A model generated the notes under the pieces. It did no database searches and was not told the DNA's origin. It was given only the letters and a program-made list of their open reading frames with translations. From Mytilus trossulus (lineage: Eukaryota), in contig NC_086377.1 of assembly GCF_036588685.1 (NCBI RefSeq), forward strand, positions 15,128,001-15,192,000: 64,000 nucleotides of DNA, written 5' to 3'. Positions 23,610-36,119 of this stretch are shown here, piece after piece. Made by a program: the position numbers and the translations under genes. Each line of letters opens with the position of its first letter. Positions within the stretch are counted from its first letter, which is position 1.

Positions 23610-25455
23610 TGAAATTCACAGCTTTACTTTCATCATCGCTAAGAAAAAAGAAAATCCGCATATCATTAAGACTAAAGCGTTAGAGTACATCGACAATGCA
23701 TATAAAAATCATTTAAAAATTTACACCGATGGCTCAAAAGACCCAGCTTCGGGTAAAACTGGATATGCTTTTTTAATCCCATCAAAGTTGACTGCAAGCT
23801 ATAAACGAACGTCAGACAATCTTTCAGTTTACACCACAGAAATGACGGCCATATATCAATCATTAAAGTGGGTATTCTCCAATCAACAGCCAGGGCAAAA
23901 AGTTGTTATTCTAACTGATTCATATAGTGCAATCCAATCTATAAATAATAATGCATCAAGTAGACCCGATATCCTAGAACCAATTCAAATACTGGCTTGT
24001 CGTCTAAAACAAAAAAAAATATAGAAGTAACCATAGAATGGATACCAGCGCATGTTGGTATCCTAGGTAATGAACAGGTTGACAAACTAGCTAAATTAGC
24101 ACTAAGTAATGATAAGATTGGCCTTAACTTGAGTCTTAGTGCAAACGAACTCATTGCAATAACAACAGCATTATATATTAACACATGCTCCCTATGGAGT
24201 CGTTCTATACATACTGCAGTAAATAAAAAAACCAACTTTTATCAAGGTAATCGATTTCATGCAAAAACAATAACTAGACTTAGGTTGGGCACTACTTTAT
24301 TACCTGGGCAACTAGGCCAGTACATACGCAATGTCTCTCCATTATGCAATACATGCGACATTTAAGATGATATAGAACACGTACTAGTAAACTGTATTAA
24401 TCATTCACAAGCGAGACAAAATTTGCAATCAAACTTGGACAAGGTTCAAATACAAAATATTAATACCAAAATTTTACTAGATCCTCCTAAAGACAAACAA
24501 AGACAAGACAAATGTCTGGTCGTGCTTGGTACAATATTTAACAGAAATTGATTATCGTAAATTTATATAAGTATATATATATAAAAAACAGTCATAGAAA
24601 TAAAATAATTAAAATACACTGCTAGAGTTATCCGGGTCAGTGACTCAGAAATGGAGTCAGGCCGTAACCGGCAGTCAAAAACTAAATCTTCACTTCCAAT
24701 ACAGTACGTACTAAAGAAAAGATCGTTAAGAAGACCAGCTACGCTGCAAGAGTTATCCGGGGTCAGTGACTCAGAAATGGAGTCAGGCCGTAACCGGCAG
24801 TAAAAATCAAATCTTCAATACAAATACAGTACGTACTTACTAGAAAAGATCGTTAAGAAGACCAACTACTCTGCAAGAGTTATCCGGGGTCAGTGACTCA
24901 GAAATGGAGTCAGGCCATAACCGGCAGTACAGATGGATCTTCAAGACGACTTACCACAGCATCATTAAAGGGGCAAAACATACTGCAAGAGTTATCCGGT
25001 CAGTGACTCAGAAATGGAGTCGGGCCATAACCGGCAGTAAAAATTAAATCTTAGACAAATTAAATCCAAATTAAATATGATAAAAAATAAAAAAAAAATT
25101 AATCCTTTGAAATAACTTAACATATTTAAAATTAGATAAAATGAATGGGGATTAGTTAATTAAACTATTAGAATTATGCTAACTAAACAAGAACGCACGA
25201 TAACCTTTGTTTTTTTTTCCAAATTCGCGGCAACCCAAATTATTTTTGTTTCTACTTTTGGTCATTATATAAATTTTTCATGTCATTAAGCCGCAAGTCA
25301 AATCTAAGACTTAAAAAAATGGTACGTCGCAAGATCTGGTTTGCGCTTATCTAGTTTTAATTAGCGTGGGGCACTGTCTTCCTGCGGATAAGTGTTCCAG
25401 TGTACTAGCACTCTAAAGTCCTGCAACTACGGTAGGCTAGCACAAAGCAGTCAAA
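23610..25455 (+). mobile_element. 5'-truncated RNase H-containing non-LTR retrotransposon (I/Nimb-like) with long 3' UTR
   Basis: YTDGSK, EMTAI, TDS, WIPAHVGILGNEQVDKLAK (RNase H); RLRLG and C-x2-C...H-x4-C knuckle; frameshift at ~24015 and stops. Confidence 0.85.
24615..25040 (+). repeat. Four tandem copies (~115-135 bp period) of a conserved GC-rich hairpin
   Basis: ctgc..ccgg ggtc tgactc-agaaatg-gagtca ggcc..ccgg cag nested stems conserved in all four copies while the spacers diverge. Confidence 0.8.
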
Positions 25456-26072
25456 ATTTACATACACCCTTTGGTTTTTTATTTTATTTTATTTCACTTT
25501 TCTTTTTTCTTGTACATACAAAACATCCCACTAAATATTTTTGCATAACTCATATACACAAATTTAGGCTTATTGTGGTTTATACATAATATTTGGCATA
25601 TAAATTCACATACACAATTTGGCAAATCAAAATTATCCGCTCTTTACTTGGCTGCTGGTGTACCAGGACAACGTTGCTGCCGTTCACTGCTGTTTGCTTG
25701 GCCAAGCTTTCCTCCTGTTCCTACTTCCAGTGGCTCCGTGTTTAATAATTATTTATTTATTTTGTTTTACTTTTATACAAAATTGTTTCTATATTATTTT
25801 ATTATATTTATTTTTATATTCTTTTATTTTTTATTATTTACTTAATCTTAAAAATTTTACTTTTTTTATTCATTTATTTATCCAAATTTTTGCTTTTAAA
25901 ATTTTTGTTTTTATTAAAATTTCTTATCATTCTAAATCATTTAAATTACCACATGGTAAAAATAAAATTTATTTAATGCCCAAAAAGGCGCAAGCCAAGC
26001 CGACCGTGCAAGGGCTGTATAGCCTGTCAAGGTCGTTAATAGTTATCAAAAGTACCAGGATTATAATTTTAT

Positions 26073-26116
26073 ACGCCAGACGCGCGTTTCGTCTACATAA
26101 GACTCATCAGTGACGC
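26073..26116 (-). ncRNA. Type I hammerhead ribozyme (copy 1)
   Basis: Minus strand gcgtca CTGATGA gtc ttatgta gac GAAA cgcgc GTC tggcgt: intact core with stems I and II and a short palindromic stem III. Confidence 0.88.
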
Positions 26117-26427
26117 TCAGATCAAAAAAGTTAAAAAGCCAAACAAATACAAAGATGAAGAGCATTGAGGACCCAAAATTCCAAAAAGTTGTGCCAAATA
26201 CGTCTAAGGTTATCTACTCCTGGGGTAAGAAAATCCTTAGTTTTTCGAAAAATTCAAAATTTTGTTCACAGAAAATTTATAAAAATGACCATATAATTGA
26301 TATTCATGTCAACACCGGAGTGCTGACTACTGTGCTGGTGATACCATCGGGGACGAAACGTCCACCAGCAGTTGCATCGACCCAGTGGTGTAAATAGTTA
26401 TCAAAAGTACCAGGACTATAATTTTAT

Positions 26428-26471
26428 ACGCCAGACGCGCGTTTCGTCTACATAAGACTCATCAGTGACGC
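26428..26471 (-). ncRNA. Type I hammerhead ribozyme (copy 2)
   Basis: Identical to copy 1, 355 nt downstream. Confidence 0.88.
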
Positions 26472-26799
26472 TCAGATCAAAAAAGTTAAAAAGCCAAACA
26501 AATACAAAGTTGAAGAGCATTGAGGACCCAAAATTCCAAAAAGTTGTGCCAAATACGTCTAAGTTTATCTACTCCTGGGGTAAGACAATCCTTAGTTTTT
26601 CGAAAAATTCAAAATTTAGTTCACAGAAAATTTATAAAAATGACCATATAATTGAAATTCATGTCCACACCGGAGTGCTGACTACTGGGCTGGTGATACC
26701 ATCGGGGACGAAACGTCCACCAGCAGTGGCATCGACCCAGTGGTGTAAATAGTTATCAAAAGTACCAGGATTATAATTTTATACGCCAGACGCGCGTTA

Positions 26800-27025
26800 A
26801 AAACTTCCATTTGTTGTAGGATCCACCAACACTTACATAAGAGATGGCCAGACTAAATCAAACACCACAATAGGCTTTGCTGATCAGACTGGTGCTATCA
26901 GAGGCCAGTGTTTTGATATGGCCAAGTTGAACACCATCAAACCAAACTCAACACTAATGATTAGGAACTTTATCTATAGGGATCAGATGATAATCATTAC
27001 ATCAGCAAACAAGGTAACATCAACC
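26800..27025 (+). pseudogene. OB-fold (RPA/HIN-like ssDNA-binding) gene fragment
   Basis: Hand translation FVVGSTNTYIRDGQTKSNTTIGFADQTGAIRGQCFDMAKLNTIKPNSTLMIRNF...ITSANKV; the AD-x-TG-x-I motif is typical of OB folds; not in the ORF track. Confidence 0.55.
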
Positions 27026-27029
27026 CAAC

Positions 27030-27160
27030 AATGTTAGAACTGTAAATTTCCTTTCGCAATTTTTTTGTTCTTCCCTTGCCGGGATTCGAACCCATGCTAC
27101 TGTGATATCGTGACACCAACTCGCCTGCACTGCAGCCGTCCCGCTAGACCACACGACCAC
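27030..27160 (-). mobile_element. tRNA-derived SINE head
   Basis: Minus strand A box gtggtcgtgtggtctag and B box gggttcgaatcccgg; no full cloverleaf. Confidence 0.65.
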
Positions 27161-27419
27161 TCTTAACAGAGGATGGCAAACAATATACATATTTCAAGAA
27201 CCATGCACACAAGATATAAGAAAGGGGGTTTAAATATCCCTGAAGAAATATCGGATATCAAATTTACAACAGCAATAGTTGAAAAGTTGCCTTCACAGCT
27301 TATATTGACAGTAAAGACTCAAAAGTCAGCAATATTCAAATCATCCCCTCTTAATATTTTGTACAAATCTTACTGACTAAACCTATCTTAATATCAATTT
27401 AACATTATGTCACACAACT

Positions 27420-27623
27420 GATTGATTGTTGGTTGCTTAACGTCAAGTGGCAAATATTTCATGCATATTCAGGACGGGAACAAGTTAACAATAAATACAA
27501 TAGGTAGGTTGTTGTAATAGAGGTCATCTAGGATGATGGTCGGGAAATTTGGACTATGAGGGTATATTGGATAGGGACATAAATCTGCCTTGCAACAGGC
27601 CACCTACGGACCCCTCAAAGAGT
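27420..27623 (-). mobile_element. SINE 3' part ((AATC)n tail family)
   Basis: Matches the reverse complement of 42270-42487. Confidence 0.8.
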
Positions 27624-27889
27624 ATCACACAACTGCTTAACTCTGATAACTTTAATGCTGTATTCATTTTTCATGATATATTAGCCACTATGTTCTCCAA
27701 TATATGAAAATACAGCCTTACTTTGATTAAATTGTGCAATTTTTTTTTTTAAATATAATTGAAAAAACAGACACAAAGATATGGTAGTACTTAAAATCTA
27801 CTCTGTTGTGTCAGAGTTACACTATTTTTTTCCAAGAAATGTCAAGGTGTTTATCTTTTCCCATTCTTATGAATTAAACTATTACCTAT

Positions 27890-28082
27890 TTTTATTAGCT
27901 CACCTGGCCCAAAGAGCCAAGTGAGCTTTTCTCATCACTTGGCGTCCGGCGTCGTCGTCGTTTGCTTTTACAAAAATCTTCTCCTCTGAAACTACTGGGC
28001 CAAATTGATCCAAACTTGGCCACAATCATCATTGGGGTATCTAGTTTGAAAAATGTGTCAGGTGACCCGGCCAACCAACCGA
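27890..28082 (+). mobile_element. HINE 5' fragment
   Basis: ttagctcacctggccc...gtgagc, (gtc)n, same core start as the 32068 element. Confidence 0.8.
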
Positions 28083-28901
28083 CAAAATAGAACCCAGACT
28101 TAACTAATCGATCAGATCGGTAATCGAACACTAATCGATCATATTTGATCAGTACTCGATTGATGACTTGAAGTCATCGATCAGTATTCGATCAAACTCT
28201 CTCGGGAATCAATCTAGAAATCACATGCTCATGGATAATCATACCTTTTGTCGTAGTACAGGAAGACAATGTCACAGGAAATTTTATTTGTTAAAAATTT
28301 TTCAAGGCCATATTAGATCAAGTTAACAGGAAATTGATGCATTCAAAAATTTGAATTAGTTTCCATGAAACGTCTTGGCGAAAGTATACGTTAGTGAAAA
28401 ATGTTTGGGACGCAGGGATGTACGGTCGAACTGTTAAACTCCTAATATGCCACCCGAGGTGAGATGACATAGAATAATCTCTAACACAAACTTACATACT
28501 ATAAGATATATCATATTAATCAACAGGAACTTTACACATATCCGATTTTAATGGAATGTTTGAAATTTTCCTTTCTATAAACACAATTTGTTTATTGTAT
28601 AATTCTTATTTTCCTTTCTCTTCTTTTTTAGGGTAATTACTACAAAGATATCTCTTAATGAGGCTGAATATCTAAACATCGGAACCACCATTTCGATAAT
28701 CAATAAAAAGTTGTATGATGAGCGCTGATGTAAAAATCAAATATTTCCAACAAAGTTTAAAGGTGTTGCAAACACAAATGCTGAAAGACATGAGATTCAA
28801 CGCGCTCCTTGATCAAAGAAACCAAGAACTTGAGACCAAAATGAAATAACTATAAGAACTATCCATCTTTATCCATTGTACATTTTTCTATATTTAAATA
28901 T

Positions 28902-29746
28902 CTGTGGATTCATTTTTATTCGTGGTAGTATACCAATTTTCGTGGATTTCGTGGGTCACAGCGAACCACAAATTTAAGAATTCAACGAAGAATAATCCCG
29001 ATAAATGTGTATGGAGTCGGATGTTTATTTCCGGTTAATTTATGCAGTTCTAGTAAAGTGTTGACTAGCGATACACATTGTCACATAACACGTGTTTTTT
29101 ATTGAAAGAAGATACAAGTATTTCAATTAAATCAATAATAAATATATCGAATATCAGTGATAATTTACTTTTTAAAATTGATTAAAACTTCATGGAAAAT
29201 AACTGCAAGTTGTTAATTACCGTGTCATAGTTAGGTTTACTAGTGATTGAAAATCAATGGGATTAAGTACGGGGATATTGCCCGTAGGTAATATTATTTA
29301 TGACAGGAACATTTATTTTCACACCTTTTACTTAGATGACTGTTTATTATATCGTGATTAGGGAAATAAGCTTTCAATCAAAAAGTTTTGATTGCATTAT
29401 AGAATTCCGACAAGCATTTATAAATTGTAAAACAAACAAATAATTAGTTGTCTTTGTCCATTATTGTAATATAAGTTTTTAATGAACACTTTAACCTAAA
29501 ATGACAAGCGAGGATTTTGACAATTCAAAACTTTTTCAATGAATTCCTTCTTTTTTGTTTGTTTTATTATTAATCACACCAAGGAGGTTATATGATCTCC
29601 TAAATCAAAAAGAAATTCACAAATTACGTATCTGATTTTTTTTAAATTTTTTTGTAATCAGCGATCCACGAATTTACGTATACCACGAAACGTCTTTTTT
29701 CTCTATTCACGAAAATTGATACCCACGAAAATAAATGAATCCACAG
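28902..29746. mobile_element. Non-autonomous TIR DNA transposon (Tc1/mariner-like MITE)
   Basis: TIRs ctgtggattcattt..ttcgtgg / ccacgaaaataaatgaatccacag; TA on the right flank. Confidence 0.75.
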
Positions 29747-30160
29747 TAGTGAGGACAAATATAGTTATATATCTTAGTAAATTCACCAATCAAATAATTC
29801 TTTGCTCAGTTATGTTATTTTGTTGTTCTTTATATAACCTCATGTTGTCCCTTGTGTGTGTTGTGATTTGGAAATAAAATATTCATCATCTTCTTCTTCA
29901 TTATAAAATGACATGGTTCAAAGTACATCCTAAATATGTCTTAGAATCATTACTATTTTTCTTCAGACTCGAAAATTCTACAACAGTCTCTCACAAAATG
30001 TTTCCAACATAGTATCCATATTATATGACAATACATATATGATTCAAAACAAAAATGTAACAAAAAAAGGGATACCGTAACAAAATATGTATTATTTGAT
30101 ATTAACCACAGACCGTTACATTTGAAAGGTATATACATTTGTCTTTCTGTGTCCCTTCAG

Positions 30161-31536
30161 GTCAATACAATGACACGAAGGTATCCTTTCATACCTGACA
30201 TAGTCAACAATTTCGATACCTACGAAGAGTTAATTCAATGGACTCTAGAAAACCAAATGTTAGACCACCCTTTAGTAAAGCAACGCATAAATACTGTAAA
30301 CTATATTAATCAATTTGAAAATGCAGAGGATCTAACCGAATGGGCAATACACCATAGCCTACTGAACGATCGACAGGTTCTAAACAAAATTCAGACTTTG
30401 TATACATGTAAATGGTGTAAAAGGAGATCGGAAAGTACACGTGAATTAAGACTCCACGAACAGGTTCATTTGATGTGTGATGACATACTACAAACTGGAG
30501 TATCATCGGACAACATTACACACACTGATAACCACATTTTGACCAATAATACTTCCGACATTTCTGTTTCTACATATTCACAGAAGGGTGCAGGGGTTAC
30601 ATCAGAACCTCCCTATATTTTTCGTCAATCTGGACAAAAAACGTTTTCTAAAAATTTGGCGACAGGAACAACGTATAAAGTCAAATTACAGACGTGTGGA
30701 AAGGAAAAAAATTGCGCGACATCTTTAAAGATATACAACAAATGTTCGAGGACGTTCTGGTCAAAGCAAAGGGAGGTGAACAGGACCTAGGGCGTGTCAT
30801 TGTCCGTCATACAGATTTGAATCACCCCATCGTCGTACCCCTGGACAAATGGTCTAACATAAATGCAAACACGGTCATGACTGCCGTAGAAAATGTATTG
30901 AACAGCGACGAGACTCTGAAACTGTCTGATCAAACAGAGATTCTTGTCGGCAATATTAGTATCCCTAAGGGGAGTGGCAGAGTACACGTCACACAACTAC
31001 AAGGGCCTCAGAGTTCCATTGCATTAAAACATCAATGTTAAGGGTTGCTAACAGCGATCACATGTGTCTAGCCACGGCCGTAGGAAGATGTTTTGTCAAA
31101 TTATGTAAGATTGTTACGCTGGAAGAATTTAAACGAATAACCGAAAACGACCCTCCTAATATGAGCGCGACAATGAAAATGGTAAAACACAGAGTGATTA
31201 CCAAAAGTTACCTTGCACACATAAAATCGCCTTCTAATAATAAGTACAGACAAATTATGTCAAAGGCACTGTGTCGCAACCAACCTGCCCACAGACAAAC
31301 CGTTGACCATCACGGACATCAAACCATTGGAGGATCTTCTAGACGTCAATATTTTAGTTTTATCGGCTCGATTGGGAAATAAATTTTGTCGAGTGGCAAA
31401 CGTGACAAACCGCAGTAACATCTATCTGTATCTGACAGAAAACGACGATGGTGTGGGACATGTTGATGGTATCGGAAACATCAATGGATTTTTCAATTAC
31501 GGATATTTTTGCGAAACGTGTTTAAAACGTGTTTAA
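30161..31536 (+). pseudogene. polB: N-terminal region (zinc finger, terminal-protein and vOTU-like regions) of a second-lineage Polinton pPolB; three frameshifts, 3'-truncated
   Basis: C2H2 finger CKWC...HEQVH; QKGAG and PKGSG protease-site-like motifs; VENVLNSDE; SDHMCLATAV (Cys) and GHVDGI (His); YFCETC; splice acceptor just upstream of the ATG. Confidence 0.75.
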
Positions 31537-31821
31537 TGTCTTGTGGTGGATTTTCACGTCTTTTAAGATACAGTTACTCGTAGGAGATTCTCACCATCCT
31601 TGATTGTGACCAATCCTCCTTGTAATTAGTGTTTTCAAGCACATTTTACCAATTCTATGTGAAAATATATTTAAACGCATTTCACAGTGCTTTGCTGCAT
31701 TTTTAATCCTCTTCACAGTTGTGTATGATTTATATTGCAGCTTTTTTAGTCCCTCATGTATGCTACTATGTAGCAGGGTGTGATATTCACCTACAAGGTC
31801 TGTTAATGTATCAGTGTCAAG

Positions 31822-31970
31822 TATATAGACATAGGAAGATGTGGTGTGAGTGCCAATGAGACAGCTCTCAGTCCAAATAACAATTTAAAAGGTAAACCAT
31901 TATAGGTTAAAGTACGGCCTTCAACACGGAGCCTTTGCCCACACCGAACAACAAGCTATAAAGGGCCCCA
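31822..31970 (+). repeat. Fragment of an abundant interspersed repeat
   Basis: gaagatgtggtgtgagtgccaatgagac...acggccttcaacacggagcc; related pieces at ~4395-4425 and ~18980-19005. Confidence 0.5.
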
Positions 31971-32067
31971 ATATATTTGTTCTTCAAATATGTTTGCACC
32001 TCTCTAATTTCTTCTAGTAAAACTGGTGCTCTAAGACAATTTACACAGGGAATGTGATTCATGTCAT

Positions 32068-34358
32068 TTTTTAGCTCACCTGGCCCGAAGGGCCAAGTGA
32101 GCTTTTCCCATCACTTTGCGTCCGTCGTCCGTCGTCCGTCGTCGTTGTTAACTTTTACAAAAATCTTCTCCTCTGAAACTACTGGGCCAAATTGAACCAA
32201 ACTTGGCCACAATCATTATTGGGGTATCTAGTTTAAAAAATGTGTGGCGTGACCCGGTCAACCAACCAAGATGGCCGCCACGGCTAAAAATAGAACATAG
32301 GGGTAAAATGCAGTTTTTGGCTTATAACTCAAAAACCAAAGCATTTAGAGGAAATCTGACATGGGGTCAAAATGTTTATCAGGTCAAGATCTATCTGCCC
32401 TGAAATTTTCAGATGAATCGGTCAACCCGTTGTTGGGTTGCTGCCCCTGAATTGGTAATTTTGTGGAAATTTTGCAGTTTTTGGTTATTATCTTGAATAT
32501 TATTATAGATAGAGATAAACTGTAAACAGCAATAATGTTTAGTAAAGTAGGATTTACAAATAAGTCAACATGACCGAAATGGTCAGTTGACCCGTTTAGG
32601 AGTTATTGCCCTTTATAGTCAATTTTTAACCATTTTTCGTAAATCTTAGTTATCTTTTTCAAAAATCTTCTCCTCTGAAACTACTGGGCCAAATTGAACC
32701 AAACTTGGCCACAATCATCATTGGGGTATCTAGTTTAAAAAATGTGTGGCGTGACCCGGTCATCCAACCAAGATGGCCGCCACGGCAAAAAATAGAACAT
32801 AGGGGTAAAATGCAGTTTTTGGCATATAACTCAAAAACCAAAGCATTTAGAGGAAATCTGGCATGGGGTAAAAATGTTTATCAGGTCAAGATCTATCTGC
32901 CTTGAAATTTTCAGATGAATCGGTCAATCCGTTGTTGGGTTGCTGCCCCTGAATTGGTAATTTTGTGGAAATTTTGCAGTTTTTGGTTATTATCTTGAAT
33001 ATTATTATAGATAGAGATAAACTGTAAACAGCAATAATGTTTAGTAAAGTAGGATTTACAAATAAGTCAACATGACCGAAATGGTCAGTTGACCCGTTTA
33101 GGAGTTATTGCCCTTTATAGTCAATTTTTAACCATTTTTCGTAAATCTTAGTTATCTTTTACAAAAATCTTCTCCTCTGAAACTACTGGGCCAAATTGAA
33201 CCAAACTTGGCCACAATCATCATTGGGGTATCTAGTTTAAAAAATGTGTGGCGTGACCCGGTCAACCAACATAGATGGCCGCCACGGCTAAAAATAGAAC
33301 ATAGGGGTAAAATGCAGTTTTGGCTTATAACTCAAAAACCAAAGCATTTAGAGGAAATCTGACATGGGGTAAAAATGTTTATCAGGTCAAGATCTATCTG
33401 CCCTGAAATTTTCAGATGAATCAGTCAACCCGTTGTTGGGTTGCTGCCCCTGAATTGGTAATTTTGTGGAAATTTTGCAGTTTTTGGTTATTATCTTGAA
33501 TATTATTATAGATAGAGATAAACTGTAAACAGCAATAAGGTTTAGTAAAGTAGGATTTACAAATAAGTCAACATGACCGAAATGGTCAGTTGACCCGTTT
33601 AGGAGTTATTGCCCTTTATAGTCACTTTTTAACCATTTTTCGTAAATCTTAGTTATCTTTTACAAAAATCTTCTCCTCTGAAACTACTGGGCCAAATTAA
33701 TCCAGACTTGGCAATCATCATCTTTGGGGTATCTTGTTTTAAAAATGTGTCCGGTGACCTGACTATCAAATCAAGATGGCCGCCACAGCTAAAAATAGAA
33801 CATAGGGGTAAAATGCAGTTTTTGGCTTATAACTCAAAAACCAAAGCATTTAGAGCAAATCCAACACGGGGTAAATTATTAATCAGATCAAGATCTATCT
33901 GCCCTATAATTTTCAGATGAATCTGACAACCCATTGTTGGGTTGCTGCCCCTGAATCGGTAATTTTAAGGAAATTTTGCTGTTTTTGGTTATTATCTTAA
34001 ATTTTATTATAGATAGAGATAAACTGTAAACAGCAATTATGTTCAGCAAAGTAAGATTTACAAATAAGTCAACATGACCGAAATTGTCAATTGACCCCCT
34101 AAGGAGTTATTGTCCTTTATAGTCAATTTTTAACAATTTTCATAAAATTTGTTAATTTTTATTAACATTTTCCACTGAAACTACTGGGCCAAGTTCATTA
34201 TAGATAGAGATAAATGTAAGCAGCAAGACTAGTAAAGTAAGATTTACAAACACATCACCATCACCAAAACACAATTTTGTCATGAATCCATCTGCTTCCT
34301 TTGTTTAATATTCACATAGACCAAGGTGAGCGACACAGGCTCTTTGGAGCCTCTAGTT
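32068..34358 (+). mobile_element. Complete Helentron-associated (HINE/DINE-1-like) element with 4 internal ~502-bp tandem repeats
   Basis: 5' subterminal agctcacct with short inverted repeat gtgagct, (gtcc)n microsatellite, tandem core, 3' aggtgagc plus hairpin aggctc/gagcct, T-rich flanks. Confidence 0.88.
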
Positions 34359-34609
34359 TTTAACAAAGCCATAATGAATGTTGTTACTTTCCATTTCAAT
34401 ATGTTTAAGTTAAACTAAGTAAAAATCTACAATAGCACTTAAGTTATAAATCAAAATATCAAAATACTCATGGGGGTTTTGCGTGCAAGATTGCTCTAGG
34501 GAGCCTTTGTAAATTTTTAAAAGTTGTTGTTTGGCTTCTCCATACTTTTACGAGTCTTAATTTAAGCTATTGTAAAGTTAATTGTTTTGGTTCACAATTG
34601 TGGATAATT

Positions 34610-35212
34610 TTATTTTTTTAGGAACCTGTATAGGGGGACCCGCAAATAGTGACATTTGAAAGGTAGGAGTTGGTTTAAGTTTCAGAGGAGAAAATGTTTG
34701 AAAAATATTAACGACGACAGACGACGTCGACGGACGCCAAGTGATGAGAAAAGCTCATATTTCCTTTTAGGTTGATTGATTGATGTTTCCTAAACGTCTA
34801 GTTGCAAATATTTCATGCATATTCAGGACGAGAACAAGTTCACAATAAATACAATAGGTAGGTTGTTATAATAGAGGACTTTGGTAGGGGAAATTTTGAC
34901 TGCCACTGAAAAATGAGGGGAAATTGAATAGAGACAGAAATTTGCCTTTCAATAGGACACCTACGGACCCCTCAAAGAGTTGTTGCAAGGGTTCTTAACG
35001 TGCAAAGAGCGTGACACTCTCCTTACACGATGCATCGGATTTAACGTCCCCCTTCGGACCGGACGTGACTGTGAACTTATACATCCCGCACAGCCAAACG
35101 GACGCCCCACTTAGGCAAGCGTTTAACTGCCGGTCGGGAGAAGACCAAGTGACCATATTTCTATACCCCAATCCCCTTGGGGACATTTCCCTTTAGGAAA
35201 AGTGAGCTAAAA
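34610..35212 (-). mobile_element. HINE 5' fragment (minus strand) interrupted by a SINE
   Basis: gacgccaagtgatgagaaaagctca...gtgagctaaaa split by the insertion, with duplicated atttcc(t/c)tttagg. Confidence 0.7.
34772..35182 (-). mobile_element. SINE with V-domain-like core and (AATC)n tail
   Basis: Reverse complement of the 48505-48930 family; ~13-bp TSD. Confidence 0.85.
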
Positions 35213-35339
35213 ATGGAGTAGTTTTTTTTTTTTTAATTGAACTAGTTATTACTTTTTAACACCATTGAAGTTCAAATGAGATACCGGTACTGTTAACGTC
35301 AAAGTTTTTTTTATTAACCTGTAAATGAAAAATACTTGC

Positions 35340-35766
35340 ACGTTCGTGGTACAAGTTAAACCATGTGACTGTTTGCCTTTATTGCTTTGTGAACATAAGT
35401 TAAGATTATATTATAAATGCACATCTTCACCGAGCTCTGTATGTTTGAACTGGTCGTAACAAAAAATCAAAAGTGCGTTCTGTTCGTAATTTGACCTGTA
35501 CGATATCATTTGACATGGACAGGAAATGTCATGTTTTTTTCCATTTACAATTTTAATGCGTTTGATGAGTTTGTCCACAATCAGGAGTCCATCTTTGTCC
35601 ATCCCGGCAAACACTCAAATTTGGACATCTGTTGAGAGGACATATGTCCCCTTCTTGAGGAGACCACACAGATCATTTTTGTTGGAAATTTTATCTCTAT
35701 CTCTGTCATGTAACATACGCTTATAAACAATGTGCAGCAAACGAGTATTATGAAACAAGTCGCCAT
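35340..35766 (-). pseudogene. Degraded secreted/membrane protein exon, possible distant member of the glycoprotein family
   Basis: Signal peptide MATCFIILVCCTLFISVC, then (frameshifted) DLCGLLKKGTYVL...IKRIKIVNG...C; contains stops and frameshifts. Confidence 0.4.
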
Positions 35767-36119
35767 TTTGGCAGGTAATGATAACCCTAAAATAAGCCCG
35801 GATGAATCCAAGTTCGACCCTTAATATTATTTTGAAATTCAAACAGATATATAATAATTAAGTGATATTAAAAAAAATTACAAATTCAATTAATATTAAA
35901 ATATTTTTATTTGAAAAAAATATTATCAACATATTGTCCATTTATGGTGATACCGTAAACGTTAAAGTCATTATTTTATTAATGTTATTATCAATATATG
36001 GTATCAATCTTTTCATATATTCCCACTGTCTCTGACTTATTGTAGATTTAAAGTTTGAAATGATGACAACTATATTGTACTTGTTGATACACAATGATAG
36101 ATTACCATTCTCAGGAAGA

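Larger units (their letters stand above)
26038..26798 (-). mobile_element. Non-LTR retrozyme / Penelope-related tandem repeat (355-bp monomer x2.1)
   Basis: Near-identical 355-bp direct repeats, each carrying a hammerhead core on the minus strand. Confidence 0.88.

Noticed and set aside
24615-25040. Twister ribozyme call on the minus strand
   Set aside because: Lacks the conserved UA cleavage-site context and the AAGC pseudoknot segment; kept only as an unclassified hairpin
26110-26752. Two near-identical 95-aa ORFs
   Set aside because: Chance frames in the retrozyme monomers, GTG-started and antisense to the ribozyme
32203-33920. Repeated 60-70 aa ORFs (MATIIIGVSSLK...), also at 27895, 63164 and 63336
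   Set aside because: Translations of HINE tandem repeats; non-ATG starts and frame not conserved between units
34995-35196. ORFs within SINE copies (also 48505, 48656, 49957, 50280)
   Set aside because: Chance frames in non-coding retroelements
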